Shown here: piece by piece, positions 60,566 through 64,000 of the stretch
Position numbering within the stretch: position 1 is the first letter of the stretch
Layout of the letters: each line of letters opens with the position of its first letter
NCBI GenBank assembly: GCA_001643675.2
Contig: LSRY02000036.1
Span: 868,001 to 932,000, forward strand
From: Monocercomonoides exilis PA203
Taxonomy: Eukaryota; Protista; Preaxostyla
Direction of reading: 5' to 3'
DNA: 64,000 nucleotides
The notes under the pieces: generated by a model
What the model saw: the letters and a program-made list of their open reading frames with translations, nothing else
Told to the model about the DNA's origin: nothing
Database searches by the model: none
Program-made: the position numbers and the translations under genes

Positions 60566-63215
60566 TATAAGGAATTATGAAATCGTTTTGAATAACCATT
60601 TTTGACAAATCATAAATATCTTGTAAGTCATTTTGTCAATGTTCATATATTTTCTCTTGTCATGTTACAGTGGTATTGAAAAAAGAAAAGAAATAAAAGA
60701 GAAGAGAAGAAATGACTTTTATTTTAAAAAATTTTCAAAGTGGGAATAAATGCATTTGTAAAATTATCGAATTAATTAATTCCTATGTTATTTTGAGAAA
60801 ATATTTATCATTTGGGACAAAATATTTGACTTCATGCATTTTCATTGAAATATTATACACCAAAGATGAAATTCTTGTGATCAAAAAATGCAATTTGAAT
60901 GGGTTCGTTTTTTGACATTCGTGGAATGTTACAAAACTTTTTTATTATCATCGATTCGGTTTGTTTTAAGAAATGAAAATCTAATAAACAGTATGTTCAT
61001 AAACCCACTCATTTGCAAAAACACGCACACACTATTATTTTGAAATTTGAGAAAGACATATTAAGTTTAGAGCGAAACAAATATTAAAAGCTTCGTTCAT
61101 AAAAAGCTTGAAAGTCTGTATTTTCCCCCATTTGTATGTTAAAGATTGAATATTGTTGCGAAAGTTGAGGATAATTGAAGGAAAAAAAATTTGTTGTCAA
61201 CAGAATCCCAATAGAAACTCTCAATAACTTCTTTTTAATTGATAATTAAAATCAACAGTTTGTCTTCAATAATTCTTGAAATCAATTTGAAAAACAAAAA
61301 ACAGAATAACATTTTCTTTATAATTTGATATGAAACCTTTGGAAAAGAATTTTTAAGATTTTTTTCAATGAATGCCCAAGTGGTGATCATCAATTTGATT
61401 AACACCTTAAAAAAATCATTAAGTCAATATTATTTATGCATCAAATGAAATTTATTATTAATAAGAACATTATCACTATCTGTAAATTCGGATCTTTCAC
61501 TATTCATAATATTGAAAATTGTCAAATAATTTTTCGATAAAAGGGATTATGATCATTAAAAACAATAGTCAAATAAAGGAAAAGAGGGAGATCTTTTCTT
61601 ATTTTTCAATGTTTCATGATGAAGAAATCTGCTGGGATTGATTTAGGTTACAAATTTTATCAGACAAAAAGAAGAAATGTGAGAAGTGGGGATCAATTAT
61701 GTATTTTGCAAAGGATTCTGTTCAGGGCAGAATATTTTGGTGTTCAAATTTAAAATACAGAAATACGGTATTCATAGATATTCATATGAAAAATTCCAGA
61801 TTAGGAATTTCTCAAATATTGCTTCTGCTGCTCTTCATATTTGTTCGATAAAAAAATAAACACACTTGCATGTTGCTAAATGTCAATAAAGAGACAGTTT
61901 CAAATAAAAAGAAATAATCACTACAAGATTGAGTTTCAATCCTGGTCACAATTTTGAATATCTGGGAAAAGATGAACAGATCGTCGAAATAGATGAAATG
62001 CTGCTCAGACATAGAAAATATTAACGTGGAAGAAGAAAAAAGAATATTTGGCTTTTTGGCATAGAAGAAAGGAAAACTGGAAGTTGTCAAAGAAATTTCA
62101 TAATTATTAGTGTGAAGAAAAAAAAGGAACAATTATTACCATTAATAATGACAAACATAATTCCAGATTCTTCAATTTATTCAGACGTATGAAAGGCTTT
62201 CACTTTATTGAAATCATCAGGATTCGATCATCACATTGAATGAAATAAATACAGATTTAAAATAGAAAATGGCATATGAACAAATATTTCAATAAATGTT
62301 TGGAGTGAATTTCGAACATTTCTCCTTTTGGTAAAAATTCATATTTGATGCACTGACGAGACAATCGAAGATTTTTTTCAACAAAAATAAAATCCGTGGA
62401 ATTTTCTGAATTTGCGGAGGGCATGTTTTTTTATAAAGAAGTGGAAAATAAGAAAATGGGAACTCCGATCGAATTTTGTGACGAAGAATCCAAGGAATCA
62501 AAAGAATCTGACGGACGTGATGATTCTTCTTTAACAGAAACAGAAGAAATACCATCTGACAGACCATCTGATAGTGATCATATGGGGTAAAATATGAGAC
62601 TTCAAACTTTTTCATTGAAAAATTATGCACTTTTGATCAACTTTTTGTGTACAAAAATTTATTGAAAATGAGAACAACTTTTGAATTACGTGTGAGTTCA
62701 CAAAAAGGTTTGTTATTATATCAATGATGTTTGTTTTCAGATATGAAAATAAAAATTATTATGAAATCTGGTTAAATTTAATAATGTTATAAGGTAAACA
62801 ATTTTTTTATGCTTTGTGCATTAAAAGCTTGAAAGTCCATATTTTACACCATATAGATGAAAAAGACATGGAATACATCCCTCTAAAAGTTAATTTTTTC
62901 ACTCCTTTTTTAACACTTCAAAATTCATTATCACTTTTCAATAGCTCTATTCTTTTATATCAGACACTATTTGTTTTTATTATAAAAATGAAAATAAAAA
63001 AACCTTGAAATTATTGGGCATCTATCGCATTGACTTTTGTCGCCATAAGCTTCACTATTTTTTTCGAATTGTGAAAAGTTGGAAACTTCAAGCTTCATTA
63101 TAGAAAAATAATGTTATCCGTTGAATGAATTTTTTGCGATCAAAAAATATAAACGAAATGTGTTAATTTTTTGAAATGCATATGAAGTCACAAAACGTTT
63201 TGTAATAATATTATT

Positions 63216-63455
63216 GTCTAAATTTTTTTGAAAAGTTCCTTATGTTAAATTTTCAAATAAAGAAAAAATTTCATATTTCGATCAAATTTCTGTTCCCACT
63301 CACGAAAATACGCAAAAATGGAAATAATAACATTGTCAAGATTTTGTTTTCATGACAGCGAATGTTTGTGAGTGGAAACATAAATTTGATCGAAATATGA
63401 ATTTTTTATTTTATTTGAAAATTAAACAAAATGAACTTTTCAAAAAAATTTAGAC
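63216..63455. mobile_element. Palindromic MITE-like element, family 1 (full copy, ~90-bp arms)
   Basis: GTCTAAATTTTTTTGAAAAGTTC...ATATTTCGATCAAATTTCTGTTCCCACTCAC / GTGAGTGGAAACATAAATTTGATCGAAATAT...GAACTTTTCAAAAAAATTTAGAC. The internal spacer is also similar to the 49659 copy. Confidence 0.8.
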
Positions 63456-64000
63456 TAATAGATAACTGTTTTCTGAAATGAAAATCCAATTTATTTTGAA
63501 TTACAATAAATATTCAAAATAGTTATGAGTGGAATAATACATAATGCGTATCGTTCAAAAAAGCTTGATAGTCCACAATATCCACCATATGCGGACTGGA
63601 TAATTTTTCAAGATTTTTCAAAACACTTGACAGAAAAAACTATATTTTAATCACTTCACAAATCTTTCATTATTTGCGAAATGTGGAAAAAATCTGTCAT
63701 TTGGTTTACCAAAATAATAACAGACATTTAATATCGTTCAAAGGCAATGATTAATTTTGATCAATTAAACAACTTTTTTTTTGATTTTCATTTTTTTAAA
63801 TTTCAGTATTTTTTTCTTTTTTTGGTTTGTTTGTTTGAAAATGTTTCAAGATGACAAATAAATAGAAATATAAGACAAGCATACAAAATAACCAAAATTA
63901 AAAACTTTAAAAAGATGAGAATAAACAATGTAACAATTATTGCTTATTGTTGGAATAGATATTAATTTTTGTATTGTTGAAAAATTGAAAATTCACATCA

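Noticed and set aside
61617-61755. Short frame containing GIDLG, resembling a RuvC-I motif of TnpB/Fanzor
   Set aside because: The frame is only ~45 codons, with no further RuvC or zinc-finger motifs and no element ends; compatible with chance.
1-64000. CRISPR array, diversity-generating retroelement or site-specific invertase as the driver of receptor variation
   Set aside because: No repeat-spacer array, reverse transcriptase or recombinase ORF was seen, and paralog differences are not visibly adenine-specific.

Overview
This is AT-rich eukaryotic genomic DNA with short GT-AG spliceosomal introns and the standard genetic code. Composition, intron style and gene family resemble the oxymonad Monocercomonoides (inference; no search run). 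The window is dominated by three giant paralogous type-I membrane receptors: A (<3-7940 +), B (37361-45206 -, split by a 1-bp frameshift) and C (51814-59559 +). Each has a Cys-rich ectodomain with GGA[I/L]/FxxN-type beta-helix-like motifs, built from ~340-420-aa modules, followed by one TM helix and a degenerate protein-kinase domain. The three genes are mosaics of one another. C carries an A-type module joined, at a module boundary, to a 5.5-kb block nearly identical to B. B and C thereby form a large inverted repeat around an 11.7-kb spacer that holds their two different N-termini, a decayed pogo-like DD35D transposon and palindromic MITE-like elements. This looks like a module-shuffling/gene-conversion system that diversifies surface receptors, possibly with an inversion switch. 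Between A and B lies a housekeeping-like block: a small 2-TM protein, a SNF2-family ATPase with split PHD-type fingers, a tandem double-tetraspanin-like protein, two Ser-rich unknowns, a coiled-coil protein and an EGF-repeat membrane protein.
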